NCBI GenBank assembly: GCA_031553495.1
Contig: JAVBLN010000045.1
Location: 10,174 to 74,173, forward strand
Direction of reading: 5' to 3'
Source: Flavihumibacter sp.
GTDB taxonomy: Bacteria > Bacteroidota > Bacteroidia > Chitinophagales > Chitinophagaceae
Length of the DNA stretch: 64,000 nt
Both the position numbers and the translations under genes were made by a program. The notes under the pieces were generated by a model. It searched no databases and was not told the DNA's origin. It worked only from the letters and a program-made list of their open reading frames with translations. Positions 41,822 through 50,153 of the stretch are shown here, piece by piece (within the stretch, counting starts at the first letter, position 1; each line of letters starts with the position of its first letter).

Positions 41822-44266
41822 ATGATAAATATTCCTACTCACCTCCGGTTGCTGCTGTTATTGAGTGTTACGCTTTTACTCAACCAAGCCTGCAACAATA
41901 AGACTGCCGCGGTAACAATTACCATAGATGCGGAAAAAATTGAAAATCGCATTCCATCATTTTTATATGGCTCGTGCATTGAAGATGTAAACCACGAAAT
42001 TTATGGTGGTTTGTACGATCAAAAAATATTCGGCGAAAGTTTTGAAGAACCGGAGCCTTCACCCGAAATTGAAAATTTTACAGTGCATGAAGGCGTTTGG
42101 AAAGCAACAAATAATGAAGTTTTTGTGCTAGCATTTTCAGGAGCTAAACTTATATACAACCCCACCGATGTAACTAAAGGATATGCTGAAACAGAAATAA
42201 AATTCAATTCGAAAAACGATGGTAATGCAGGCTTTATTACCCGTGTAACAAAGCCCGGCAAAGGTGCCGACAATTTTTACGGCTATGAAATAAGCTTAAA
42301 AGCCGACGGTAAAAAAATTGTATTCGCGAAACACAAAAACAATTTTGAACATATACAGGACATAGATGTAGATTGTAATCCGCTTCAGTGGAACCGTTTG
42401 AAAGCAATGATGGACAATGGAAAAATTGAACTGCTGTTAAATGATAAAAGTGTTTTTACTTATAGTGATAATGACACGTTGCTTACATCTGGTAAAGTTG
42501 GACTGCGCACATGGAATGCGGATGTTTCATTTAAAAACGTGAAAATAAAATCCGGCAAAGGAGAAGCAACACTTTCTTTCAAAACGCCGCTGGTACTCAA
42601 TCTTAGCTCGCAATGGGATGCCATTCAAACCGGCGATAGCAAAGTGTTATTCGTACATGATACAAGAGATGCTTTTAACGGAAAGTGTTCTCAAACCGTT
42701 CAACTAATACCAAGCGATGGCAATGCGGGTGTAGCCAATAAAGGATTAAACCGCTGGGGCATTGCCGTTAGTAATGGTCAGCAATATAATGGAAGTATTT
42801 ATTTAAAAAGCAACAGCCTGGAAGGCCCTGTAACAGTGGCTTTGCAAAGTGCGGACGGGCAAATGGAATATGCCGCTAAACAAATACAAAACATTTCGAG
42901 TAAATGGGAAAAATATACTTTTGAACTTACAGCAAACAGTAGTGATACAAATGCACGCTTTGCAGTGTATTTCAACCAACCGGGAAAACTTTGGATAGAC
43001 CAGGTTACATTAATGAATACCCCAAAAGATCAATTTAAAGGTTTGCCATTTAGAAAAGATATTAGCGAAGCATTGGTAGCGCAAGGTCTTACATTTTTGC
43101 GTTACGGCGGTTCAATGATAAATGCGCCGGAATATAGGTTTAAAAAAATGATTGGCGATCCCGGTAAACGCCCGCCGTATAAAGGAACATGGTATAATTA
43201 TTCGACAAATGGTTTTGGTATAGAAGACTTCCTGAAATTTTGTGAAGCTGCAGGTTTTACCGCATCGTTTGCTGTAAACATAGAAGAAACACCGGCGGAC
43301 ATGGCTGATATGGTAGAATACCTGAATGGCCCTGCCACATCAACGTGGGGAAAGAAAAGAGCTGAAAACGGGCATCCAGCGCCTTATAATGTGAAGTATA
43401 TCGAAATAGGTAACGAAGAAGTTTTGGGTGGCGGAGATAATGCTGCGGGTTATGACCATTATATACAAAGATTCAACCTGCTTCACAATGCCATGAAAAG
43501 CAAAGACTCGTCTATTATGCTTATTAATGCTGCATGGTGGCGGCCGAAATCACCCAACATAGAAAAAGTGTTTAAAGCATTGGATGGCAAAGCCGCATAT
43601 TGGGATTATCATCCGTGGGCCGAAAATCCCGCCTGCGGAAGATATGTTGAAAGAGAATTGAAACATATGCGTGAACTGTTCCTTAAATGGAATCCCAACA
43701 CTACTATGAAATGTGCCATCTTTGAAGAAAACGGCAATATTCATAATATGCAAAGAGCGCTGGCGCACGTTAGCCTGCAAAATGCCGTTCGGAAAATGGG
43801 TGATTTTGTGTTAACATCTTGTGCTGCAAACGCGTTACAGCCCTATAAACAAAACGATAACGGCTGGGACCAGGGACAAATATTTTTTACACCAACACAG
43901 GTTTGGGGTATGCCGCCATTTTACGCACAAAAAATTGCATCTGAAAATCATTTGCCTTTAAGAGTATCATCTGCTGCAAGTAATGACACGCTGGATATTA
44001 CAGCCACCCGCGATGAAAATGGGAACAAACTAATTCTCCATATTGCCAATATTCATGAAGCGCCAATTACGGCGAGCATTACTATCAAAGGATTTGAGAA
44101 CATATCCTCCGCAAAAGCAGTTTACTTAACCGGCAAACCCGGCGATGTAAACTCCCCTGAAAAACCGGAATTTATTAGCCCAAAAACAAAAGAGCTAAAA
44201 GCGGGAAATACTGTTACGTTTGAATTTGAACCATATTCCTACACCATATTAATTTTTACAAAATAG
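41822..44266 (+). CDS. Secreted GH51-like glycoside hydrolase (alpha-L-arabinofuranosidase family) with an inserted DUF1080-like lectin/jelly-roll domain
   Basis: 814-aa ORF with a lipoprotein-like signal (LLLNQAC). SCIEDVNHEIYGGLYDQ resembles the GH51 N-terminal motif, YIEIGNEE the acid/base GNE motif, and the C-terminus a beta-sandwich. Residues ~90-240 (HEGVWKA...GLRTWNADVSFKNVKIK) resemble DUF1080. Confidence 0.6.
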   Translation: MINIPTHLRLLLLLSVTLLLNQACNNKTAAVTITIDAEKIENRIPSFLYGSCIEDVNHEIYGGLYDQKIFGESFEEPEPSPEIENFTVHEGVWKATNNEVFVLAFSGAKLIYNPTDVTKGYAETEIKFNSKNDGNAGFITRVTKPGKGADNFYGYEISLKADGKKIVFAKHKNNFEHIQDIDVDCNPLQWNRLKAMMDNGKIELLLNDKSVFTYSDNDTLLTSGKVGLRTWNADVSFKNVKIKSGKGEATLSFKTPLVLNLSSQWDAIQTGDSKVLFVHDTRDAFNGKCSQTVQLIPSDGNAGVANKGLNRWGIAVSNGQQYNGSIYLKSNSLEGPVTVALQSADGQMEYAAKQIQNISSKWEKYTFELTANSSDTNARFAVYFNQPGKLWIDQVTLMNTPKDQFKGLPFRKDISEALVAQGLTFLRYGGSMINAPEYRFKKMIGDPGKRPPYKGTWYNYSTNGFGIEDFLKFCEAAGFTASFAVNIEETPADMADMVEYLNGPATSTWGKKRAENGHPAPYNVKYIEIGNEEVLGGGDNAAGYDHYIQRFNLLHNAMKSKDSSIMLINAAWWRPKSPNIEKVFKALDGKAAYWDYHPWAENPACGRYVERELKHMRELFLKWNPNTTMKCAIFEENGNIHNMQRALAHVSLQNAVRKMGDFVLTSCAANALQPYKQNDNGWDQGQIFFTPTQVWGMPPFYAQKIASENHLPLRVSSAASNDTLDITATRDENGNKLILHIANIHEAPITASITIKGFENISSAKAVYLTGKPGDVNSPEKPEFISPKTKELKAGNTVTFEFEPYSYTILIFTK

Positions 44267-44291
44267 CGAGCATTCTTTTCAATTACAGGCT

Positions 44292-44415
44292 GGTTACAAG
44301 TCACAAGTCGCAGGTGGCAGGTGTTTTAATGCAGGCAGGTGCTACATCATTTAGGCTGATTGTAAAAAATAGCAAGTACCTGACCCTTGCAACCTGCAAC
44401 CTGTAGCTTGTAACC
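44292..44415. repeat. Long imperfect hairpin built from ACAAGT/GCAGGT oligo repeats
   Basis: The left arm is ggttacaagtcacaagtcgcaggtggcaggtg (44292-44323). The right arm is ccttgcaacctgcaacctgtagcttgtaacc (44385-44415), whose reverse complement is ggttacaagctacaggttgcaggttgcaagg. Confidence 0.7.
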
Positions 44416-44546
44416 CCAACTCGCAACCAGGCAAAGAATTTGCCACAAGACATTGCGTTAAATTTATTAATTTCGATTGATTGGTTGTTTAACTAACCAT
44501 TTACACTCATCAATTAATTTAACCAAATACAAAACCATCTTGCTAT

Positions 44547-46925
44547 ATGAAACGTACAATCAAAAAAGTAGCCGTATTAGGAAGTGGAGTTATGGGATCA
44601 AGAATTGCCTGTCTTTTTGGAGGAATTGGTGTACAGGTTTTGTTGCTTGATATTGTACCGAAAGATGCTGTTGATAGCACTAATAAAAATGCCCGCAACA
44701 AAATTGTTGATGAGGCGCTTGCCGCCACATTAAAAAGCAATCCGTCTCCTGTGTATAACAAAGATGCCATCAAAAAAATTACAACAGGCAACTTTGATGA
44801 CAATATGAAAGATATTGCCGTTTGTGATTGGATCATTGAGGTAGTAGTTGAAAGACTTGATATCAAAAAACAGGTTTTTGAAAAAGTAGAGCAGTTCCGT
44901 AAACCGGGCACACTGGTCACTTCCAACACATCGGGCATTCCTGTTCACCTGATGACGGAAGGAAGGAGCGATGATTTTAAAGCACACTTCTGCGGATCGC
45001 ATTTTTTTAATCCGCCACGCTACCTGCGTTTACTGGAAATTATTCCAACACCACACACATCGCAGGAAGTTATTGATTTTCTCATGCATTACGGAGATCT
45101 GTATTTGGGAAAAACAACCGTATTGTGTAAAGACACACCGGCATTTATTGCTAACCGGATTGGTGTTTACGGCATTATGGCCATTTTCAATTTAATAGAA
45201 AAATTGAACCTCAGCATTGACGAAGTAGAGGCGCTTACCGGTCCCATTATTGGCAGACCGAAATCTGCAACATTTCGCACAGCGGATGTTGTGGGTATAG
45301 ATACGCTTATAAAAGTGGCAAAGGGTGTTGCAGAAAATTGCCCAAATGATGAACAAAAAGAAATCTTCAACATTCCTGTATGGCTAAATAAAATTGCAGA
45401 AAACAACTGGCTGGGAGATAAAACAGGACAAGGTTTTTTCAAAAAAACAAAAGGCACCGCCGGCGAGAAAGAAATATTGGTTTTGAATCTTTCAACAATG
45501 GAATATGAGCCGCGCAAAAAACCAAAGTTTGCCACAGTTGAAACTGCGAAACCAATAGATGATCTAAAAACCAGGCTTAAAGCTCTTGTAGCCGGAAACG
45601 ATAAGGCCGGTGAGTTTTACAAACATTTTCATTATGGTCTCTTCTCCTACATATCGCATCGCATACCGGAAATAAGTAACGAACTATATCGAATAGATGA
45701 CGCAATGATGGCCGGCTTTGGCTGGGAAACAGGCGCTTTTGAAAGCTGGGATATTTTAGGCGTTGCAAAAATGACGGAAGCAATGAAAGCCTCAGGATAT
45801 GCAGTGGCAACCTGGGTAGAAGAAATGCTGCAAAAAGGTTTCACATCTTTTTACAAAGTGGAAAACGGCAAACGTTTTTATTATGACATTTCTACGCAAT
45901 CATACAAAGCCCTGCCCGGAGGTGAAGCTTTCATTGTAATGAAGAATTTTGAAAACCAAACCGTGTGGAAAAACAGTGCCTGCAGAACTTATCACCTGGG
46001 CGATGATGTGCTGGGCCTTGAGTGGAATACCAAAATGGGAACCATTGGAGGTGAGGTGTTGGAAGGAATTCAAAAGTCAATAGCGCTTGCCGAAGAAAAA
46101 TATAAAGGACTGGTTATAGCAAACGATGCACCTAATTTTTCAGCAGGGGCAAATGTAGGTATGATCTTCATGTTTGCAGTAGAACAGGAGTTCGATGAAT
46201 TGGATATGGCAGTTCGCCAGTTTCAAAACACTATGATGCGCGCAAGATATTCATCTGTACCGGTAGTAGTAGCGCCACATGCGCTAACATTGGGCGGCGC
46301 TTGCGAATTGAGTTTGCATAGCGATAAAGTTTGCGCCGCGGCAGAAACCTACATTGGTCTTGTAGAGCTTGGTGTAGGCCTTATTCCCGGAGGTGGCGGT
46401 ACAAAAGAGTTTGCACTGCGGGCCGCGGATGAAATGCACGAAGATGAACCCGAAACCATTACTTTAAAAAATCGTTTCCTTACAATAGCTACAGCAAAAG
46501 TGGCCACATCCGCCGCGGAAGCATTTGATATGGGCATACTTCGCAAAGGACAAGATGAGATAGTGATGAATACCAGCCGCCGTGTAGCCAATGCAAAAAA
46601 CAGCGTGATTGAAATATTTGACCGTGGTTATACAATACCACAGTTACGAACAAACGTAAAAGTGTTAGGGCGCTCTGCTTTGGGAGCTTTATATGCGGGC
46701 ATCAATGGCATGTGGCGTGCAAACTATGCCACCAGTCATGATGTGGTAGTTGCAAAAAAACTTGCCTTAGTAATGTGTGGCGGCGACCTTAGCGAGCCTT
46801 CGTTTGTAAGCGAGCAATATTTACTGGATCTTGAACGCGAAGCTTTCCTGAGCCTGGCCGGTGAAAAGAAAACACTTGAAAGAATTCAGAGTGTGTTGAA
46901 AGGAGGAAAACCAATAAGGAATTAG
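44547..46925 (+). CDS. 3-hydroxyacyl-CoA dehydrogenase / enoyl-CoA hydratase family fusion protein (FadB/FadJ-like)
   Basis: 792-aa ORF. N-terminal NAD-binding VAVLGSGVMGSRIA plus 3HCDH domains, and a C-terminal crotonase-like region (ANDAPNFSAGANVG...GGACE). Confidence 0.85.
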   Translation: MKRTIKKVAVLGSGVMGSRIACLFGGIGVQVLLLDIVPKDAVDSTNKNARNKIVDEALAATLKSNPSPVYNKDAIKKITTGNFDDNMKDIAVCDWIIEVVVERLDIKKQVFEKVEQFRKPGTLVTSNTSGIPVHLMTEGRSDDFKAHFCGSHFFNPPRYLRLLEIIPTPHTSQEVIDFLMHYGDLYLGKTTVLCKDTPAFIANRIGVYGIMAIFNLIEKLNLSIDEVEALTGPIIGRPKSATFRTADVVGIDTLIKVAKGVAENCPNDEQKEIFNIPVWLNKIAENNWLGDKTGQGFFKKTKGTAGEKEILVLNLSTMEYEPRKKPKFATVETAKPIDDLKTRLKALVAGNDKAGEFYKHFHYGLFSYISHRIPEISNELYRIDDAMMAGFGWETGAFESWDILGVAKMTEAMKASGYAVATWVEEMLQKGFTSFYKVENGKRFYYDISTQSYKALPGGEAFIVMKNFENQTVWKNSACRTYHLGDDVLGLEWNTKMGTIGGEVLEGIQKSIALAEEKYKGLVIANDAPNFSAGANVGMIFMFAVEQEFDELDMAVRQFQNTMMRARYSSVPVVVAPHALTLGGACELSLHSDKVCAAAETYIGLVELGVGLIPGGGGTKEFALRAADEMHEDEPETITLKNRFLTIATAKVATSAAEAFDMGILRKGQDEIVMNTSRRVANAKNSVIEIFDRGYTIPQLRTNVKVLGRSALGALYAGINGMWRANYATSHDVVVAKKLALVMCGGDLSEPSFVSEQYLLDLEREAFLSLAGEKKTLERIQSVLKGGKPIRN

Positions 46926-46929
46926 AGAA

Positions 46930-47195
46930 AATAGTGGAAAGTTGAAAATTGAAAGTTGTATAAATGGATTCTCACTCATAACTCACAACGCATAACTTTT
47001 TTGTAACCGGCGGTATTGCTACTATTAAGCATCGTTGTGTCACTCACTTGTACGGCAGGAATGCTATTGAGCGAGTTATGAGTTATGAGTTTTGCGTAAT
47101 AAGTGCTTTTGTTTTTGCTTGCAATCAGTGCATAAAGCATTCTCAATTCTCAATTCTCCACTAAATAAGCACTTTCAACTTTCAATTCTCCATTT
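46930..47195. repeat. Nested palindromic mosaic: TTGAAAGT arm / CTCATAACTCA arm / core unit / inverted CTCATAACTCA arm / spacer module / inverted TTGAAAGT arm
   Basis: gtggaaagttgaaaattgaaagttg (46934-46958) pairs with gcactttcaactttcaattctcc (47169-47191). ctcactcataactcacaacgcataac (46971-46996) pairs with gttatgagttatgagttttgcg (47076-47097). Core unit 46997-47075 sits at the apex. Confidence 0.8.
46997..47075 (+). repeat. Repeat core unit, F orientation, canonical V1
   Basis: ttttttgtaaccggcggtattgctactattaagcatcgttgtgtcactcacttgtacggcaggaatgctattgagcgag. Hairpin pairs: 47008-47013 with 47032-47037, and 47017-47020 with 47028-47031. Confidence 0.95.
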
Positions 47196-47235
47196 ATTCA
47201 AAAACAATTAGATTTGATTCAGAAGAATCTTTACT

Positions 47236-47883
47236 ATGGGAGAAGCATTTATTGATTATGATTTACAGGAACTAACAATTCATTCTGATTTCTTTTTTTA
47301 CGGAGATGAAGCAAATGAGCCACTTGCAAAGCAAATTGCCGCCGATATACAAAACCAATGGAATGAAACAGAAAAAATAATTATAATAAAAAAAGTCCCA
47401 TTTAAAGTTCGCTTTTTTATTGAAGGTTATTATACTCAAAATCTGCAACCTGAAGATGTTTGGTATAACGATAATCCGAAAAACAATTACTTCCGCATAG
47501 AAAAATATTCAAACATCGATATTTCGTTTGTTGATGACATAGGCTCCAACACAGGTTATTTTAAATTAGACAACATACTCAATCATTCTACCACAGCCGC
47601 GCATGAATATGGCCACACGCTTGGATTACTTCATCCTCAAATACTTGATATAAGAGGAGAAGGCATTCCCGGAATTATGTATCCACGGGGAACTATTTGC
47701 GACCCGCTGTTTCAGTATGATCCGAATGCGCAACCGAATGCCAGCGGCGGCACGCTTAATCCTTTGTTCAGAAAAGTATCGCAGATAGACGTTGACAACT
47801 TGCGACTGCATCGTTTATCATTTAAAAACGGAAGAGCTATTGTAGGAGAGTTCACCAGTATATTTCATGAAAGACACGGATAA
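47236..47883 (+). CDS. Small leaderless zinc metalloprotease (metzincin-type HExxHxxGxxH)
   Basis: 215-aa ORF with motif AAHEYGHTLGLLH. No signal peptide or TM segment is apparent. It is a monocistronic gene between repeat-filled gaps. Confidence 0.65.
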   Translation: MGEAFIDYDLQELTIHSDFFFYGDEANEPLAKQIAADIQNQWNETEKIIIIKKVPFKVRFFIEGYYTQNLQPEDVWYNDNPKNNYFRIEKYSNIDISFVDDIGSNTGYFKLDNILNHSTTAAHEYGHTLGLLHPQILDIRGEGIPGIMYPRGTICDPLFQYDPNAQPNASGGTLNPLFRKVSQIDVDNLRLHRLSFKNGRAIVGEFTSIFHERHG

Positions 47884-47970
47884 ATGATTGAATCATTGAA
47901 ATTATGCAAAGCATTCTTTCGTGTATTGATGCTATACGCTGTATAAGTTTGCGCATGAATGTTTCACTTT

Positions 47971-48050
47971 GCTCAATAGCATTACTACCGCACAAGTGAG
48001 TGACACAACGATGCTTAATAGTAGCAATACCGTTGATGCCAAAAATAAAA
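47971..48050 (-). repeat. Repeat core unit, R orientation, V1, with extension module 47933-47970
   Basis: gctcaatagcattactaccgcacaagtgagtgacacaacgatgcttaatagtagcaataccgttgatgccaaaaataaaa. The preceding tacgctgtataagtttgcgcatgaatgtttcac is the reverse complement of the module following F units at 53637-53670. Confidence 0.9.
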
Positions 48051-48130
48051 ATGCAGTTCTTCACACCGTGTGAAGTATAACACACTATGCTTTTCCATAT
48101 TAACAAAGAATATTTCAATTCAATAAACGA

Positions 48131-48212
48131 TCATTTACTTTCATTCTCAAATTTTCAAATCAACTCATTTTCAAATTAATTTTCACATTCCCTCATTTCC
48201 ACATTATTTCAC
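48131..48212. repeat. CATTTTCA-type short-period module block
   Basis: tcatttactttcattctcaaattttcaaatcaactcattttcaaattaattttcacattccctcatttccacattatttcac. This is the same module type as 12288-12445. Confidence 0.75.
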
Positions 48213-48235
48213 TATCTTCCTATAAAAATTAACGC

Positions 48236-49132
48236 ATGCCTGTTTTAACAGTTAATCACATCTCTAAATCCTATGGAAGTATACGGGCATTGAATGACGT
48301 ATCTTTTGAGGTACCGCGAGGCGCCATATTCGGCGTGCTTGGCCCAAATGGAAGTGGAAAAACTACGCTGCTAAGTATTATAGTTGATGTGCTTAGCGCC
48401 GATAACGGAAACTTTCAATGGTTTGGCAAACCCGGTTCTCCGGAAATCAGAAAACAAATTGGAACATTACTTGAAACGCCAAATTTCTACCATTATCTTT
48501 CCGCGGTTAACAACTTAAAAATTACTCAAAGCATAAGCGGCAGGGGCAACCCTGAAAATATTGATGACGTGCTATCAAAAGTAAAACTACTTGAAAGAAA
48601 GAAAAGCCGCTTCAGTACTTACAGTCTTGGTATGAAACAACGGCTTGCTATTGCCGCCGCATTGTTGGGAAATCCTACAATACTGGTACTTGATGAACCT
48701 ACTAATGGCCTTGACCCTGTTGGCATTGCTGAAACACGCGAACTGATCAAAGAATTAAGCAAAGCGGGACATACCGTTATTATGGCGAGCCATTTGCTGG
48801 ATGAAGTTGAAAAAGTTTGTACACATGTGGCTATATTAAAAAAAGGCACACTGCTTGCAACTGGCGGGGTTGATGATGTATTGGCCGATGAAGACGTGAT
48901 AGAGCTTAGCGCCGGAGATAACAATACATTAATAAGTATTTTGCAATCCTACACAAATGCGATCCGTATTGAACAGCATGACATGTTTGTTCAATTGCAT
49001 CTTCCTAAAGGCACTGCAAAAACGGAAGAGATCAATTCTTTTTGTTTTGGCAACGGCATTTCTTTACAACATCTTGTTGTAAAAAAGAAAAGACTGGAAG
49101 CTAAATTTTTCGAACTCACCAACAATCATTAA
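48236..49132 (+). CDS. ABC transporter ATP-binding protein (ABC-2 type)
   Basis: 298-aa ORF. Walker A GPNGSGKTT, signature YSLGMKQR, Walker B ILVLDEPTNGLD and H-loop ASHLL. Confidence 0.9.
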   Translation: MPVLTVNHISKSYGSIRALNDVSFEVPRGAIFGVLGPNGSGKTTLLSIIVDVLSADNGNFQWFGKPGSPEIRKQIGTLLETPNFYHYLSAVNNLKITQSISGRGNPENIDDVLSKVKLLERKKSRFSTYSLGMKQRLAIAAALLGNPTILVLDEPTNGLDPVGIAETRELIKELSKAGHTVIMASHLLDEVEKVCTHVAILKKGTLLATGGVDDVLADEDVIELSAGDNNTLISILQSYTNAIRIEQHDMFVQLHLPKGTAKTEEINSFCFGNGISLQHLVVKKKRLEAKFFELTNNH

Positions 49133-49153
49133 TCACCGATTTATTATTCATAT

Positions 49154-49969
49154 ATGTTCAACCTTATTAAAACCGAATGGCTCAAAATAAAGCATTATCC
49201 GGCATTTTGGTGGCTCATGGGTATTACAGCGCTTTCCTATCCCGGCATAAATTATAGCTTTCTAAAAATTTACCAAAACATTACTCAGAACCAAAATATG
49301 CAAGGGCAGGTAATGAAAATGTTATTGGGAAATCCTTTTGCTTTTCCTGAGGCATGGCATTCGGTTGCTTACTTTTCATCTGTTTTTATTTTCATTCCTG
49401 CTATTGTGGTAATTATGCTTATCACAAACGAATACTCCTATAAAACACACAGGCAAAACATTATTGACGGTTGGAGCAGACAGCAATTCTTATGGAGTAA
49501 ATTTATTAGCGTGGCAATCATTACAGTTATTGTTACCGCTATATATTTTGTGATCAGCATTATCATGGGAATATCCAACACCAAAGCTGAAGGCATAAAG
49601 ATATGGCCGCAATTCCATTATGTATTTTTATTTGCGCTGCAAACATTTTCGCAGCTTTCCATTGCTTTTCTTGTTGGCATACTGGTTCGTAAATCTTTTA
49701 TAGCATTAAGCATTTTCATATTTTACTTCATAATCCTGGAACCAATATTAGTTGGATTATTAAAATTTAAAGCGCACGATGCAGGACGTTTTCTTCCTTT
49801 GGAAGTATCGGATCGTTTAATTCCTGTTCCCGCATTCCTTGGCAAACTTGATGCTGATTCATATCAAAAATCTCTTGACGCAGTGCAACCTCATATTTTG
49901 TACACATTCATTTGCCTGGCCATTACATGGTCAATTTGTATGTATGTATACAAGAAAAGAGACCTGTAA
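49154..49969 (+). CDS. ABC-2 family transporter permease
   Basis: 271-aa hydrophobic ORF with about 6 predicted TM helices, 21 nt downstream of the ATPase gene. Confidence 0.65.
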   Translation: MFNLIKTEWLKIKHYPAFWWLMGITALSYPGINYSFLKIYQNITQNQNMQGQVMKMLLGNPFAFPEAWHSVAYFSSVFIFIPAIVVIMLITNEYSYKTHRQNIIDGWSRQQFLWSKFISVAIITVIVTAIYFVISIIMGISNTKAEGIKIWPQFHYVFLFALQTFSQLSIAFLVGILVRKSFIALSIFIFYFIILEPILVGLLKFKAHDAGRFLPLEVSDRLIPVPAFLGKLDADSYQKSLDAVQPHILYTFICLAITWSICMYVYKKRDL

Positions 49970-49973
49970 ATAA

Positions 49974-50060
49974 GTGGAGAGTGGAGAGTTGAGAATGGAG
50001 AGTTGAGAATGCTATAGATATTAGATAAAGCTGAAACAAAAACACTCATAACTCACAACC
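49974..50060. repeat. Module block (GAGAGTTGAGAAT array, spacer module, CTCATAACTCA) adjoining unit 50062-50141
   Basis: gtggagagtggagagttgagaatggagagttgagaatgct...aaacaaaaacactcataactcacaaccc. The module order matches 31291-31373 and mirrors 47076-47192. Confidence 0.75.
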
Positions 50061-50061
50061 C

Positions 50062-50141
50062 GCTCAATAGCATTCCTACCGTACAAGTGAGTGACACAAC
50101 AGAAGCCCCATCAGGGCTTTACTGTTGGTCACATAATAAAA
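50062..50141 (-). repeat. Repeat core unit, R orientation, V1 tail with fully Watson-Crick hairpin
   Basis: gctcaatagcattcctaccgtacaagtgagtgacacaacagaagccccatcagggctttactgttggtcacataataaaa. The hairpin is CAACAG/CUGUUG plus AAGCCC/GGGCUU (50097-50127). Confidence 0.9.
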
Positions 50142-50153
50142 CCTCAAATAGTT

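Noticed and set aside
47017-47031. The 4-bp stem with a 7-nt loop (UGCU-ACUAUUA-AGCA), considered as a tRNA-like anticodon arm or tRNA fragment.
   Set aside because: The loop lacks the conserved U33. The stem is 4 bp, where a tRNA anticodon stem has 5. No acceptor, D or T arm elements (for example GTTCGAATC) occur in or near any unit. No tRNA gene was found anywhere in the window.
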